A DNA stretch of 63,787 bases, counting the filler, from Octopus bimaculoides (Eukaryota), in the NCBI RefSeq assembly GCF_001194135.2. It is 6 parts of 6 records of this genome, joined end to end, with 100 filler letters (N's around TTAATTAATTAA, not from the genome) between each part and the next. Parts side by side here need not be neighbours in the genome. Positions count along the whole stretch, not along the records: positions 18,568 to 38,838 come from NC_068983.1; positions 38,939 to 43,638 come from NC_068990.1; 4 more parts are not named here. The stretch is one strand, 5' to 3'. Positions 27,845 to 39,670 of this stretch are shown piece by piece. Under the pieces are notes generated by a model that did no database searches, had not been told where the DNA came from, and was given only the letters and a program-made list of their open reading frames with translations. The translations under genes and the position numbers were made by a program. Each line of letters begins with the position of its first letter. Position 1 is the first letter of the stretch.

Positions 27845-28190
27845 GCCAGTTTTTAACAAAGATACAAGACTTCATCTTTGGGATGTAGTTAACACAGAGA
27901 AATTCTCATTTGGAACTTGAGAAAAGTCTTGCATATTTTTACTGTTCACAGATTGCACTTGTAATATACGAATTAACTGGTTGATTTCTTTTTCTGAAAA
28001 TCCCAATTTATCCAGATTATCCTTTAAGCATTTACTAACAAAACCAAGTGTTCTGATTATTATTGGTATGAATATGAATTCATAGTCTAGATATAGAAGC
28101 TGGAGGTTTCGAAGCAGTTGCATGTATGCCATTATTCAGTTTATTTCAAGATTTCTTGCCAATAGAGAAAAAACCGGTTTCTAACCTAGA
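27845..28190 (-). mobile_element. 3' end of an RLE-type non-LTR retrotransposon (copy 1, FKBP intron 3)
   Basis: QLLRNLQLLYLDYEFIFIPIIIRTLGFVSKCLKDNLDKLGF...LQVQSV resembles the IPIIIGALG C-terminus of RLE LINEs. Confidence 0.55.
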
Positions 28191-28529
28191 TCCAAGGCTC
28201 CTTCATTGGAATGTCAACATCAACAAATGGGTATTTTTGTTTGTATGTGTGTATGTATGTATGTATGTATGTATGTATGTATGGATGGATGGATGGATGG
28301 ATGGATTATGTATATATGTATGTGCAGTTTATATGNNNNNNNNNNCCTAGATCCAAGGCTCCTTCATTGGAATGTCAACATCAACAAATGGGTATTTTTG
28401 TTTGTATGTGTGTATGTATGTATGTATGTATGTATGTATGTATGGATGGATGGATGGATGGATGGATTATGTATATATGTATGTGCAGTTTATATGTTTT
28501 ATGTATGTATTCTCATGCATATAGTTGCA

Positions 28530-28795
28530 CAGCTAGATATGCTCATATATATTTAAAAGATAAACTTCTGGAAAGTTTTACAGATTTTTACAGTTCCAGT
28601 GATAGATTGGATCTGTAGTCTTTGATTTAGCTTTTTCATTTCTGGTTTTGAGAACCCTAATTTCTCAAGATTGGTATTTAGACAGTGTATTACATATTGC
28701 AGGTCCCCAATAATTACAGGTATAAACCTGAACTTGTAATCTGGATTGAGTAAATACAGATTTCTAAATAGATGATACAATACTTACAAACTTGT
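28530..28795 (-). mobile_element. 3' end of the same RLE-type LINE family (copy 2, FKBP intron 3)
   Basis: LFRNLYLLNPDYKFRFIPVIIGDLQYVIHCLNTNLEKLGFSKPEMKKLNQRLQIQSITGTVKICKTFQKF, homologous to 27872-28132. Confidence 0.6.
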
Positions 28796-28853
28796 TAAAA
28801 AAGAAATGGTTGAATCTGTTTTAACTCCCTCATGTATCTTGTTTATTTGACAG

Positions 28854-29003
28854 GTTGAAAGCTTCTTTAAGGATCAAGTCAAAGGAAATGGACCTACAAC
28901 TCCCTCTGAATCAGTGAAACTAATGTTTATATATGAAGACATTGATAAGGATGGTTACATATCACACTTTGAATTCAACGGACCAAAACATGTTGAACTT
29001 TAA
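28854..29003 (+). CDS. FKBP14: FKBP14/FKBP7-like terminal coding exon 4 (EF-hand 2 plus ER retrieval signal)
   Basis: Acceptor gtttatttgacag|. Reads VESFFKDQVKGNGPTTPSESVKLMFIYEDIDKDGYISHFEFNGPKHVEL*, with EF-hand loop DIDKDGYISHFE and an HDEL-like HVEL before TAA. Confidence 0.92.
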   Translation, partial: VESFFKDQVKGNGPTTPSESVKLMFIYEDIDKDGYISHFEFNGPKHVEL

Positions 29004-29329
29004 TCCTTTCATTTATGGCTCAATTTCATTATTTCATAATGGATAGATTCATTTAATGGAGAAAAATTATGTATAACTCAAGTAAGAGGAAATATTTCCC
29101 ATACAAACACATGAAAATTTTACATTTATTATTAAGTAACAAAGCTACATAGAATTAAGGATGCAACTATATGTTCCTGAAACACACACACACACACACA
29201 CACCATATATATACCTATATGCATGTACATGTGTATATATATGTGTGTGTGTGTCAGGGACGTGCCTGCATTGGATAAAATAGATTGATAGCAACATTTT
29301 CCTTTCATGGCAAAATATGCACGTAATTC

Positions 29330-29335
29330 AATAAA
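29330..29335 (+). promoter_or_regulatory. Candidate polyadenylation signal of the FKBP transcript (alternative at 29865-29870)
   Basis: AATAAA about 330 nt after the stop codon. The hexamer is common in AT-rich DNA, so support is weak. Confidence 0.3.
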
Positions 29336-29639
29336 ATCATGAAGGTTACTCTGATTACTATGTATAAGAAGTAAAATATTTCATTTTTTTTTATAGATTA
29401 GTTAGGCATAATTCATCTCTGCTTTTCAATCTCAGTATTTAAACCACACATAATACTGCTGTAGTACACGTGCCACGTACATTCCTACAACAACGTTTTC
29501 TTTATGTGCTATAAAAGCAGAATTAAATCTGCCTACAACTCAGTTGTGCGCCTGTGTTTTGCTTATTTTTTGTGTCTTACAACATAAAAGTCACCAACTG
29601 CATCCCTGAGTAAGTATTGACGACATGTGCCTGGTGTGC

Positions 29640-29711
<72 letters not shown>

Positions 29712-29714
29712 TAT

Positions 29715-29749
<35 letters not shown>

Positions 29750-29999
29750 CACATATATATACATGCAAATACACACACACACTCACATGTACGTTCAAGT
29801 TTTTGTTACTTAAAACACTAGACATTGCAAGAATAGCATTGGAGTAAGTCATCAGTTTCAAAAGAATAAATCAACTCAACTGTAATAATACATCCATAAA
29901 TTACATACTTGTCTGTCCATCTCTTTCTTTGTATGTATGTATCATGCTATTTTAGAATGGTGGATCTTGAAGCAGATAAAGCTATAAATAATAGCATGT

Positions 30000-31062
30000 A
30001 AATATTGGATTAGATAACCCTTTGCATAGAAAAATTCAAAGTACTGCTTTGGTCTCGTGGTAGAATCCCTGTCATGTTTACAGGAGATGTAAGTTCAAGT
30101 TTCATGGACAGCCTTTGATTTTTTCTGTCTAAAAGGAGTTTTTAACCCACTATTTGGATGCTATTATTCAAAGCCTTATCTGCTTCAAGATCCACCATTC
30201 CATAAAGAAAAACTATCTCATGTTCTTTCAAAGTTTATTAATTTTTATGATGTCAATAATGTATACTATCATTTCTACATCCATGCTTGCATGGATCAGT
30301 TGGAATTCATTTTGGGAGATTTTTTAGACTAAAATAATCTTCCTGTTGCTAACACTAAGCTGTTTCCAGGTAAGTTAATATTTCCAGAACAGCTGTGCAT
30401 TTTCTTGGATTTCAAACTTTGATGGTGAAAACATATTCTTAGAAGAGTACACTCAAATTTGGAACTGATGTCACTGGTTGGTTTGTCATCCCTAATTTAT
30501 TGAAACCAGTTAGATGATGTGGTGATGAACAGATTTAACAAAATATGGCTAACATCTTACAGCAGCATAGTTTGTGAAAGCTTGTGGCTTTGTGTTAGTG
30601 TATTCGGCTCATGATCACAAGGTGATGGGTTCAACACATAGCAGTGCATTGTGACCTTCAGTAAGACTCTTGATTTCATGTTGCTCAAGTCTAACCTGCT
30701 GGTGAAAAAGAGTTGAACCTGTCACTCAAAGATCCAGCCCTGTTACATTCTGTCATGCTGAATTTCCCTGAGAACTATATTAAGGGTGCATGTGTCTGTG
30801 GAGTGCTCAACCACTTAATTAATTTCACAAGTAGGCTATTCTGCTGATTGAACTGAGGTAATTGAAGCATTCGAACAGTTTATCAGTGTCAAAGATGACA
30901 AATTCTTCGAAGATGGAATATATGCCTTAAAGGAAAATTGGATGAAGGTCTTAAATGAACAAGGATTATAGTTTGATTAAATAAATAAAAATTCTAAAAA
31001 TTAAAAAACAGTTTTAATGTTTCCTTTTTCAAATGCAACATTCCAAGTGAGACAACCTAATA
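30000..31062 (+). mobile_element. Decayed mariner (DD34D-like) element interrupted by a SINE
   Basis: 3' part FEQFISVKDDKFFEDGIYALKENWMKVLNEQG..FD* followed by TIR-like caacctaata (to ~31062). CGDEQI remnant near 30520. The 5' boundary is uncertain. Confidence 0.55.
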
Positions 31063-31319
31063 TATATAGGTGCACGCACAGCTGTGTGGTAAGCAGTTTA
31101 CTTCCCAACTACATGGTTCCTAGTTCAATCCCACTGTGTGACACCTTGGGCAAGTGTCTTCTTCTATAACCTCAGGCTATAAATCCTTATAATACACCTT
31201 ATACTTGTAAAATTTTCATATTTTTTAATGAAATACTTGCAATAGCAAGCTACAAATTTAAAATTAAGGATCGTTATTAGAATCACCCCAAAATAAAACT
31301 GTTCGAATTAAACTCAATC

Positions 31320-33017
31320 TTTAATACATATATATTGCATTCATAATGCAAAAATACCTTGTAGACGGCTGCAATAGTCTGCAAAATAGAAATAAAATTT
31401 TGAAATTCATTCTTTTGGTGTAGCCCAACACCAAATGACCCTGATCTGATACTAGTCCACAGCCTGGTCATTGGGGACCCCAGTTTTAAATTGTATAATG
31501 ACATCAGGCTAAACACAGCAACAACGCATGAAAACAATAAAGGAAGTGAAACAGGGACTTACTGCTATTCAGCTACGTTTTCAGTTGTGAAGTGAGAAAT
31601 GAGAGAAAATCCACCCAGTTTACTCACATCAATTCTAGATGCTTCAATAGACGTCAGTGTTAGCAGCTCATTGTAACATTTAACAATTATGTTCTATTCT
31701 GATTCTTGGCTATCTGCTGGTCATATTCCCACATGTGTCAGTTTATAAGAGCATGTATGTATGTATGTGAGTGTGTGTGAGTGTATGTGTGAGTGTGTGT
31801 GTTGTATGTATGTGTATGTGAGCACACACGATCAAGTTAATCCACAACTAAAGAAGCAATTAAATGCTTTACGCTAAATATGTGTGTGTGTGTGTATGAT
31901 ATATATCAGGCTTCTTTCAGTTTCCGTCTACCAAATCCATTCACAAGATTTGGTTGGACTGGAACTCTAACAGCAGACACTTGCCCTAGGTGCCATGCAA
32001 TAGGACTGAACCTGGAACCATGTGGTCAGGAAGGAAGCTTCTTACCACCCAACCATGCGTGTGCCTACATATATATGTTTCTTGATTTCAGTATTTTAGA
32101 GAGAGAGAGTGAGAGACAGAAAGACAGAGGGGTTTATGTGAGTATTTCAAGGCATAAAAGATGTGAAAGTGTGTGAGAGTGTTTGCATGTGAAAATGGAC
32201 CTGTGAAAACACATGCATATCTTTGTATATGTAGCAATTATTTTATATATTTTATATACGTATACATGCACACACACATAGAAACATACATACATATAGA
32301 TATATATCATACACACACACACACACATATTTAGCGTAAAGCATTTAATTGCTTCTTTAGTTGTGGATTAACTTGATCGTGTGTGCTCACATACACATAC
32401 ATACAACACACACACTCACACATACACTCACACACACTCACATACATACATACATGCTCTTATAAACTGACACATGTGGGAATATGACCAGCAGATAGCC
32501 AAGAATCAGAATAGAACATAATTGTTAAATGTTACAATGAGCTGCTAACACTGACGTCTATTGAAGCATCTAGAATTGATGTGAGTAAACTGGGTGGATT
32601 TTCTCTCATTTCTCACTTCACAACTGAAAACGTAGCCGAATAGCAGTAAGTCCCTGTTTCACTTCCTTTATTNNNNNNNNNNNNNNNNNNNNNNNNNNNN
32701 NNNNNNNNNNNNNNNNNNNNNNNNNNNNNNNNNNNNNNNNNNNNNNNNNNNNNNNNNNNNNNNNNNNNNNNNNNNNNNNNNNNNNNNNNNNNNNNNNNNN
32801 NNNNNNNNNNNNNNNNNNNNNNNNNNNNNNNNNNNNNNNNNNNNNNNNNNNNNNNNNNNNNNNNNNNGACCAGGCTGTGGACTAGTATCAGATCAGGGTC
32901 ATTTGGTGTTGGGCTACACCAAAAGAATGAATTTCAAAATTTTATTTCTATTTTGCAGACTATTGCAGCCGTCTACAAGGTATTTTTGCATTATGAATGC
33001 AATATATATGTATTAAA
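31320..33017. repeat. Near-perfect inverted duplication: arms 31320-31907 and 32299-33017, 391-bp spacer
   Basis: The right arm is the reverse complement of the left, including its imperfect (TG)n tract. One substitution (ctattcagctacg versus cgtagccgaatag) and one extra TG unit were seen. The right arm contains gap 32673-32867. Confidence 0.95.
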
Positions 33018-33667
33018 TATGTAATAATTACATTACATATTATGCATGTTATTGTGTTCTGTCATACATATGATCCCCAAATGCATGGAAAAATTGTCTT
33101 ACACGAATCCAGTCTGTGAAGCAAAAAAGGTTAGGAACCATTGATTTGAAGCATTCTAGCCATGGCTAAGTTGACTATTTAGTGTTAAGAGCAATTTGAT
33201 TTAGATGAGATTTAGCTGTGATTTCTAGAAGGTCTAGCTTTTATGTACATATATCTCCTTTGTTGACTCATCTTTTCCATATGTTTGTAATGTTCCAGGG
33301 CAATTGTATCGAGGGTGCAGTTTCTGATTCTCAAATGCATGGTTCATGACCTGCTGATATGTTTATTTTTCTATATTAGATATAGTCTGTTACAAAATGC
33401 ATCATTGGCACTAAATATTCCAGGGTTTTTAATAATTTCTTCATAGTCTTTTTGTGATGTGGTTCAGGATGGTAATTTTTTGTTTGTACATCAGCATCAA
33501 ACAAAGATGAGACTCATTACTTTGTGAGACAGAAAAGAGAATCTACTCACTTATATATTACTGAACAAAATCAAATATCAATTCAGAACAGTTTCATAGT
33601 ATTAGTACCTAATTTGAGAGAGAAATTGAAATAAATATATAGATAAATAGATAGACAGAGAGAGAGG

Positions 33668-33774
<107 letters not shown>

Positions 33775-33929
33775 CTCATTATTGTGTAAACATTAATATG
33801 CTTACTCAATAATATCTAATCTTAAACCATTGGTTACAAATGTATTGTTTGACCGTATTGGTAAAAGAGTGTTGATTCAAAGTTGCAGAAAAGTAACACA
33901 AAGAGGTGCCAGGGGATGTGATGATTAAT

Positions 33930-34150
33930 AATAATTGTTTCTGCAACAGGCACAAAACCTGAAACTTTAGAGGAGAGGCTAGTCAGTCACATCGGCCCCA
34001 GTGCTTAACTGGTGCTTCTCTTTTTTACCCCGAAAGGATGAAAGGCAAAGTTGATCTTGATGGAATTTGAACTCAGAATATAATGACTCAGAAGAAATGC
34101 TGCTAAGAATTTTTGTTCGGCACAGTAACAATTCTCCCAGCTCATGGCCT
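33930..34150 (-). mobile_element. SINE family A, CpG-decayed copy
   Basis: ccccgaaaggatgaaaggcaaagttgatcttgatggaatttgaactcagaatataa. Confidence 0.8.
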
Positions 34151-34607
34151 AATGATGGTGAATAATAATATTAGGATTTTATGAGATTTCTTCATGTTAC
34201 AGAGAGTAAAATGAAAAGTGTAAAACTGCAATAAAACATGACAAGACAGTAGATACTTATGATAAAATTCAGAAATATCAGGACCTAGATTGTTCTTGTG
34301 ATAACTGGTACAACAACCAAACTGCTACCAAAGAGGCTGAAGGATATTGGAACTAAGGCGTCCGTTGTTGATCTGCAGAAAAGTGCCATCTTATATTCTG
34401 CAAGAATTGAAAAAACCTGTTATCACCAAACCACTAGATAGCATTCTTGCTAATTCAGCTGATCCTGTCTTTTTCAGCATTATTTCAAAATAAAATCAAA
34501 GACCCATAACATTCAAATGGTACCTGGACAAATTCCTCCAAGAAATACCAGGTAAATTACAGTTCCCTATGCATTTGGGCTATGATATCCTAAAACATGA
34601 CTAATAC

Positions 34608-34653
<46 letters not shown>

Positions 34654-36067
34654 TTGAAGAAAGGCAACAAAAATGTATTAGGTTATAGCAGTATGTACGT
34701 TTTGTACAAACTTCATTTATTTATGTAGTGAGAACACCACATAAGAAGCTATAACCTAATACATTTTTGTTACTTTTCTTCAAATTTTATTCACCAAATC
34801 TCTTGATTTTGTTTTTGGTTTTTACCCTACCAAATTCTTGTGCCACAAACATTTTAAGTACCACTTTTAATCTTTTGATTAAATCTATATTATTATTATT
34901 ATATACATATATATATATATATATAAAAGATGAAAAAGAAAAATGGAGATTGAGAAGTTAATAATTGTTACATGCATTCCCGTATATACACACTCATTTG
35001 TATCTAATTTTTACATATATAAAAATTCTTTCATGCATAGAGGCATGCATGCAGGCTTGCACATGCGTATAATTGCGTGTGTGCATATATATACATGCAC
35101 ACATGCATATACATGTACACATATACACGTAGACATGCATATTCTCTAGAATAACTATTGCTTAACCTTTTTCTCACACCGTCTCCAATGAAGGGATATA
35201 TAAAATATCCTGGAAACAACTGTAAGATCTTCTCTTTATAAATGTTCTGAAATCTTTCACAGCCTTGGATTTTTATCTCATTCTGTAAATTTTTGATATA
35301 TACGCATGCAAATATATGACCTATGTTGGACTCCTCATTCGCATAATCGCCGAACCTGGGGCTTGACTATAGTCTGTCCATAGCACTTACTCACCACTAC
35401 CCGACACCTTTGGGTCTTCTTGACACCATTAACTCTCATAGCCTCAATATATATATATATATATATATATAGTGTGTGTGTGTATGAGTGTGAGTGTGTG
35501 CTTCTTTATTTCTCTGTTTCTCTTGTGCAACTCTCTGAATGAGTATGATAGGTTGGCAACCAGGTTGTGTTCGATATATTGACATACTTAGTCCTTTCAG
35601 CAAAATATTTCACACCCAATATTTTCTTGTTTGGTAATATCCTTGTAAATATCAGAGTTCTTTACAGTTTCATTTGATCATATGACTTGCTGATTTTACC
35701 AAACATAAAATCTATTACACAATTTTTTTTTGGTTGAAACCTCATTATTCATTTCCCCTCAATTTCTGTGGTTTGTTTGTGTTTATTAATATATTTTCCC
35801 ATTTTTTGCTTTGCTTTGTTCATTGTCTTCTCTTTGGGGAGCCATCTTTTATTGAGACTTAATAAAAGGAAAATGGAAATATTTATGAAAAAAGTAACTG
35901 TGTTTTTAGCATCAATACCAGGAGGACATTTCAAAATGTTGAAAAATGTCCATTTGAAAAATTATGCATAATGAGAATTGCACTTCAAAAGCATTAAGTA
36001 TTTATTCTTGAAGCAAAATTTTTTAATGTCTGAATGAATCATCAACAGCAACTATTATAATGATGAT

Positions 36068-36109
<42 letters not shown>

Positions 36110-37754
36110 TTAACGTCTGCTTTCCATGCTAGCATGGGTTGGATGATTTGACTAAGGACTGGCGAACCAGATGGCTGCACCAGGCTCCAATCTGATCTGG
36201 CAGTGTTTCTACAGTTGGATACCCTTCCTATAATAATTTCACCTTATTTGCCATAAGGGCTTGTTCATCCAAAGAAAACTTATCATAAAGGGATTTCAAG
36301 ATTTGTAGAGATACATACATATAATTATGAAAAAAAAATGTCATTCAATATATTGAATTTAGTCAAAATGCACAAAAATTCAAATAAATTAGAAATAAAA
36401 ACAAATTGTAACAATGTACATGGGTAACAAACCATCAGCTAGATAAAATGAAAGTGGCCCATGACTCTAATTGCCTTGTAGATATGTTACAGCAATATGG
36501 AGACTGCCTAAAGTGTCTGTGAGCATCCTTTGTGTTTGTCTAGGCAAAAACTATACCATATCTTTAGGTAGGTTAATTTCAAGTTATTGAATTTCACCAT
36601 TAGTCTTTCATCTCATCACCATTAGAATTCTCTCTATATTTCCTTCTCAATCTGCACTTCATCTTATTCAAAGCCAGTCATTACTTTTATCAGGGATTCG
36701 TTAGTGTTCTGCCACTTGTGAATCTCATACCTTCCAGAAGTGAGCTATGACACTCTTTTCTATATGTCTCACCTTCAGCTTAAGCTAATTCTTTCATTTT
36801 CATCTTTTGCATCTCTTTGATTTTCAGTCACAGTCTACCAACCAGTTCAAGCCTATATTTGATGGTAATCAATATGATTGATTGCTACAATCAAAATGAA
36901 GATCCTGGCACTGAAGATTTTCTTTTGGCAGCACCTGATGTCTGCTGTTGTTGTTACTAAGTCTATTTTTGTCTGCCCACCCCCTTTTTCTCTACTTTTC
37001 CTGTTTCTCTAGACATGAAGCACAGAGGTGGCTCTTACTGTCTCATGTATAGCAACTGAACTGAACTCTGTACTGTAGCATCAGACAAAATGCCTTCCTT
37101 TCTTTTGCTTCCAAAACAATGTGGTACAGTTCTGGAATAATTTTGCAGTATTCAGGAATGGGGGAGGTGAGGACCGGCATAGGGATTCGTATATGCATAT
37201 AATTACACCAACACATTATTTCTGTCAGCTCTGCACTTATCTCTTGTGCCATAAATGTAATGATAAAGTGAAGATCAGTGTCTAAAACAATGGATTGATT
37301 GTACCCTTTGTGGTGTGCTTTCTCATACACTGCAGCATGAGGCAGCAGGCAAATGTGTGATGCACTACATCCACTCATCACTTAAATTTATCATTGATCT
37401 CAAAGACTGAATTCACACACCCATATGACTCTACCTTGGTTAATAGAGCAAACGTCATTTCACATACATTGGGCTGACCTTCCTTCAAGTGTGCCTTTGG
37501 AGGCCTAAGAAAGCCATCTCTGTATTTAGATGTATTTCTTGAACCAGAGGAGGGTACTATTATATTTCTTCCACTGTCTCTCCTCTTCTCAGATCTGGCC
37601 TATACAGGGTGATTTCTCTGATAAGTAATGCTAGCAAAACATTTACAATTGCATTTACTATTAATTTTATTTGAAATATTGATGCTTCTTTTTTGTTTTC
37701 ATTTCTGGAAGCATAAATATTTGCTGTGTCTGCTTGTTCAAGTATATTCACTTT

Positions 37755-38473
37755 TTCCCAATATCTGACAATGCAATGGAAGGAGAGAAACAACAAAAGG
37801 TTGAGTGAATGAATGGGATAATAATAATTGGCACAGAAAGAATACAAGAAATGACTTACTCATATAGTAAGTGAATGTAGCATGTTGGCACAGAAAGAAT
37901 ACAAGAAAAGACATGTCAACCAAGGGAGAGTAATCCACTGGGATTTATATAGAAAGCTAGGATTTGAATATACTGATAAATGGTATGAACATGAACCTAG
38001 TAAAGTACACGAAAGTAAGAAATATAAGATGTTGTTAGACTTTAACATTCAGACTGAGAGAGTAATAGAAGCTAGGAGGTCTGATTTAATAGTAGTAGAT
38101 AAACAGAATAAAAAGTGCCAGATGATTGACTTTACAGTCCCAAATGATGAGAAAAGCAAAATGAGAGGTAAAGAAAAAATAGCAAAGTACAAGAACCTAG
38201 CCATTGGACTATGGAAATGCGGGCAAAATATATCCCAGTAGTTATAGGTGCATTGGGAACTATCCCTAAATATTTGAACAGATGAATAGAGGAAATAGGC
38301 ATAAAACATAGTATATCTCCAGAAAACAATGTTATTAAGGACAGCTAGAATACTTAGAAGGGTTCTTGGCATCTAAGGTTACTTGTTGTGACTTGATATT
38401 AGGAATTTCTCTTTTCCAACAGTCTAATCTGTTGTGTGTCTATGAATAGTGATGATAATAATAATAATAATAA
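37755..38473 (+). mobile_element. R4/Dong-clade LINE, 5'-truncated (RLE domain, 3'UTR, (AAT)n tail)
   Basis: MLAQKEYKKRH...VIHWDLYRKLGF..KWYEHEP..V.E.KKYK.L.DFNIQT.RVIEARRSDLIVVDK..KC.MIDF.VPND...KEKIAKYKNL, then ..VIGALGTIPK and an (AAT)n tail. Confidence 0.9.
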
Positions 38474-38519
38474 AGCATTTATATGAGTTCTCTGTTTTTT
38501 GATCATTCTGCAGTTAAAA

Positions 38520-38734
38520 ATGAAGAGGTTACTACAAAACATTATTCTGCCACTTGCTTTCCTGTGCTTTTTGGTGACACTATGTTATTGTGAAGAAAAG
38601 GAAGAACCCCTTGAAGATGTGAAAATTGAAATATTAAAGGAATCTGAAAATTGTGAAAGAAAAGTGAAACGAGGGGACAAGTTAAAGGTGAATTATAAAG
38701 GATACTTGGAGAACGGAAAAATTTTTGATGATTC
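38520..38734 (+). CDS. FKBP14: FKBP14/FKBP7-like first coding exon (signal peptide plus N-terminal half of FKBP domain)
   Basis: MKRLLQNIILPLAFLCFLVTLCYCEEKEEPLEDVKIEILKESENCERKVKRGDKLKVNYKGYLENGKIFDD(S): hydrophobic signal peptide followed by the CERK.K.GD.L.V.Y.G.LE.GK.FD motif. Donor TC|gtaaga is phase 2. An acceptor (ttttttgatcattctgcag|, exon start 38514) precedes the ATG, implying an upstream 5'UTR exon. Confidence 0.9.
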
Positions 38735-38838
38735 GTAAGATTCATTTATTCATTCAATCTTCATTCTTTCTTTCTATTTTCTATCTTTATATCGTCCTTT
38801 CTGTCTTTCTGTTTATATTTTCCAGTTTATTTGTATGT

Positions 38839-38938
38839 NNNNNNNNNNNNNNNNNNNNNNNNNNNNNNNNNNNNNNNNNNNNTTAATTAATTAANNNNNN
38901 NNNNNNNNNNNNNNNNNNNNNNNNNNNNNNNNNNNNNN
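38839..38938. other. Artificial 100-bp scaffolding linker
   Basis: Same construct as 18468-18567. Confidence 0.95.
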
Positions 38939-38988
38939 GGCAACTTACAGAGCTTCGGGAGACACGTCCATCCGCTTGAAAGGCAATA

Positions 38989-39052
<64 letters not shown>

Positions 39053-39460
39053 CGGTTTTGGATTTGATTTTCAAGATTCTTTATGTGAGTTCGTGTTTTG
39101 AAGCATATTCTGTTGTGTCTGGGGAGAGTGCCATTGTGATTTAGTGAATGATATCACTAAATAACAATTGCACTCTTTTAATTTTGACTCTATATCTTCA
39201 GGAGGAGTTGCCTCAATCCTTTCTATATTAACCAAAATGGAGTAGATTGACAAATTTATTTTTTGAACCAGTTGAAGATACACAAGATGTCGAAATATCG
39301 TTCACTAGATAACAATGGTTAAGGTCAAACAATTGACAAGCAAATCTGTGGTATTGAGCAGAATATTTGTTGTAGCCCATCTTTTATACCAAGACAAAAC
39401 AATATACATGATAGCACCTCTAATCAGTTAAGATAAGAAGCCATGAGAACCAATGTCTGC

Positions 39461-39513
<53 letters not shown>

Positions 39514-39586
39514 GTTATTGTTATTATTATTTCTATTTTTATTTCTATTTTTATTATTATTGATGGCCCTTGTGGCTAATAAAGAA

Positions 39587-39589
<3 letters not shown>

Positions 39590-39670
<81 letters not shown>

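Noticed and set aside
28187-28495. Exact ~150-bp tandem duplication around 10 N (similar cases at 15133-15204, 4951-5245 and 49214-49434)
   Set aside because: Identical sequence either side of a minimal gap is the usual signature of unmerged overlapping contig ends.
37043-37381. 112-aa non-repetitive minus-strand ORF
   Set aside because: No motif recognised and the flanks are full of stops. Possibly an old transposon remnant; blastx would be needed.
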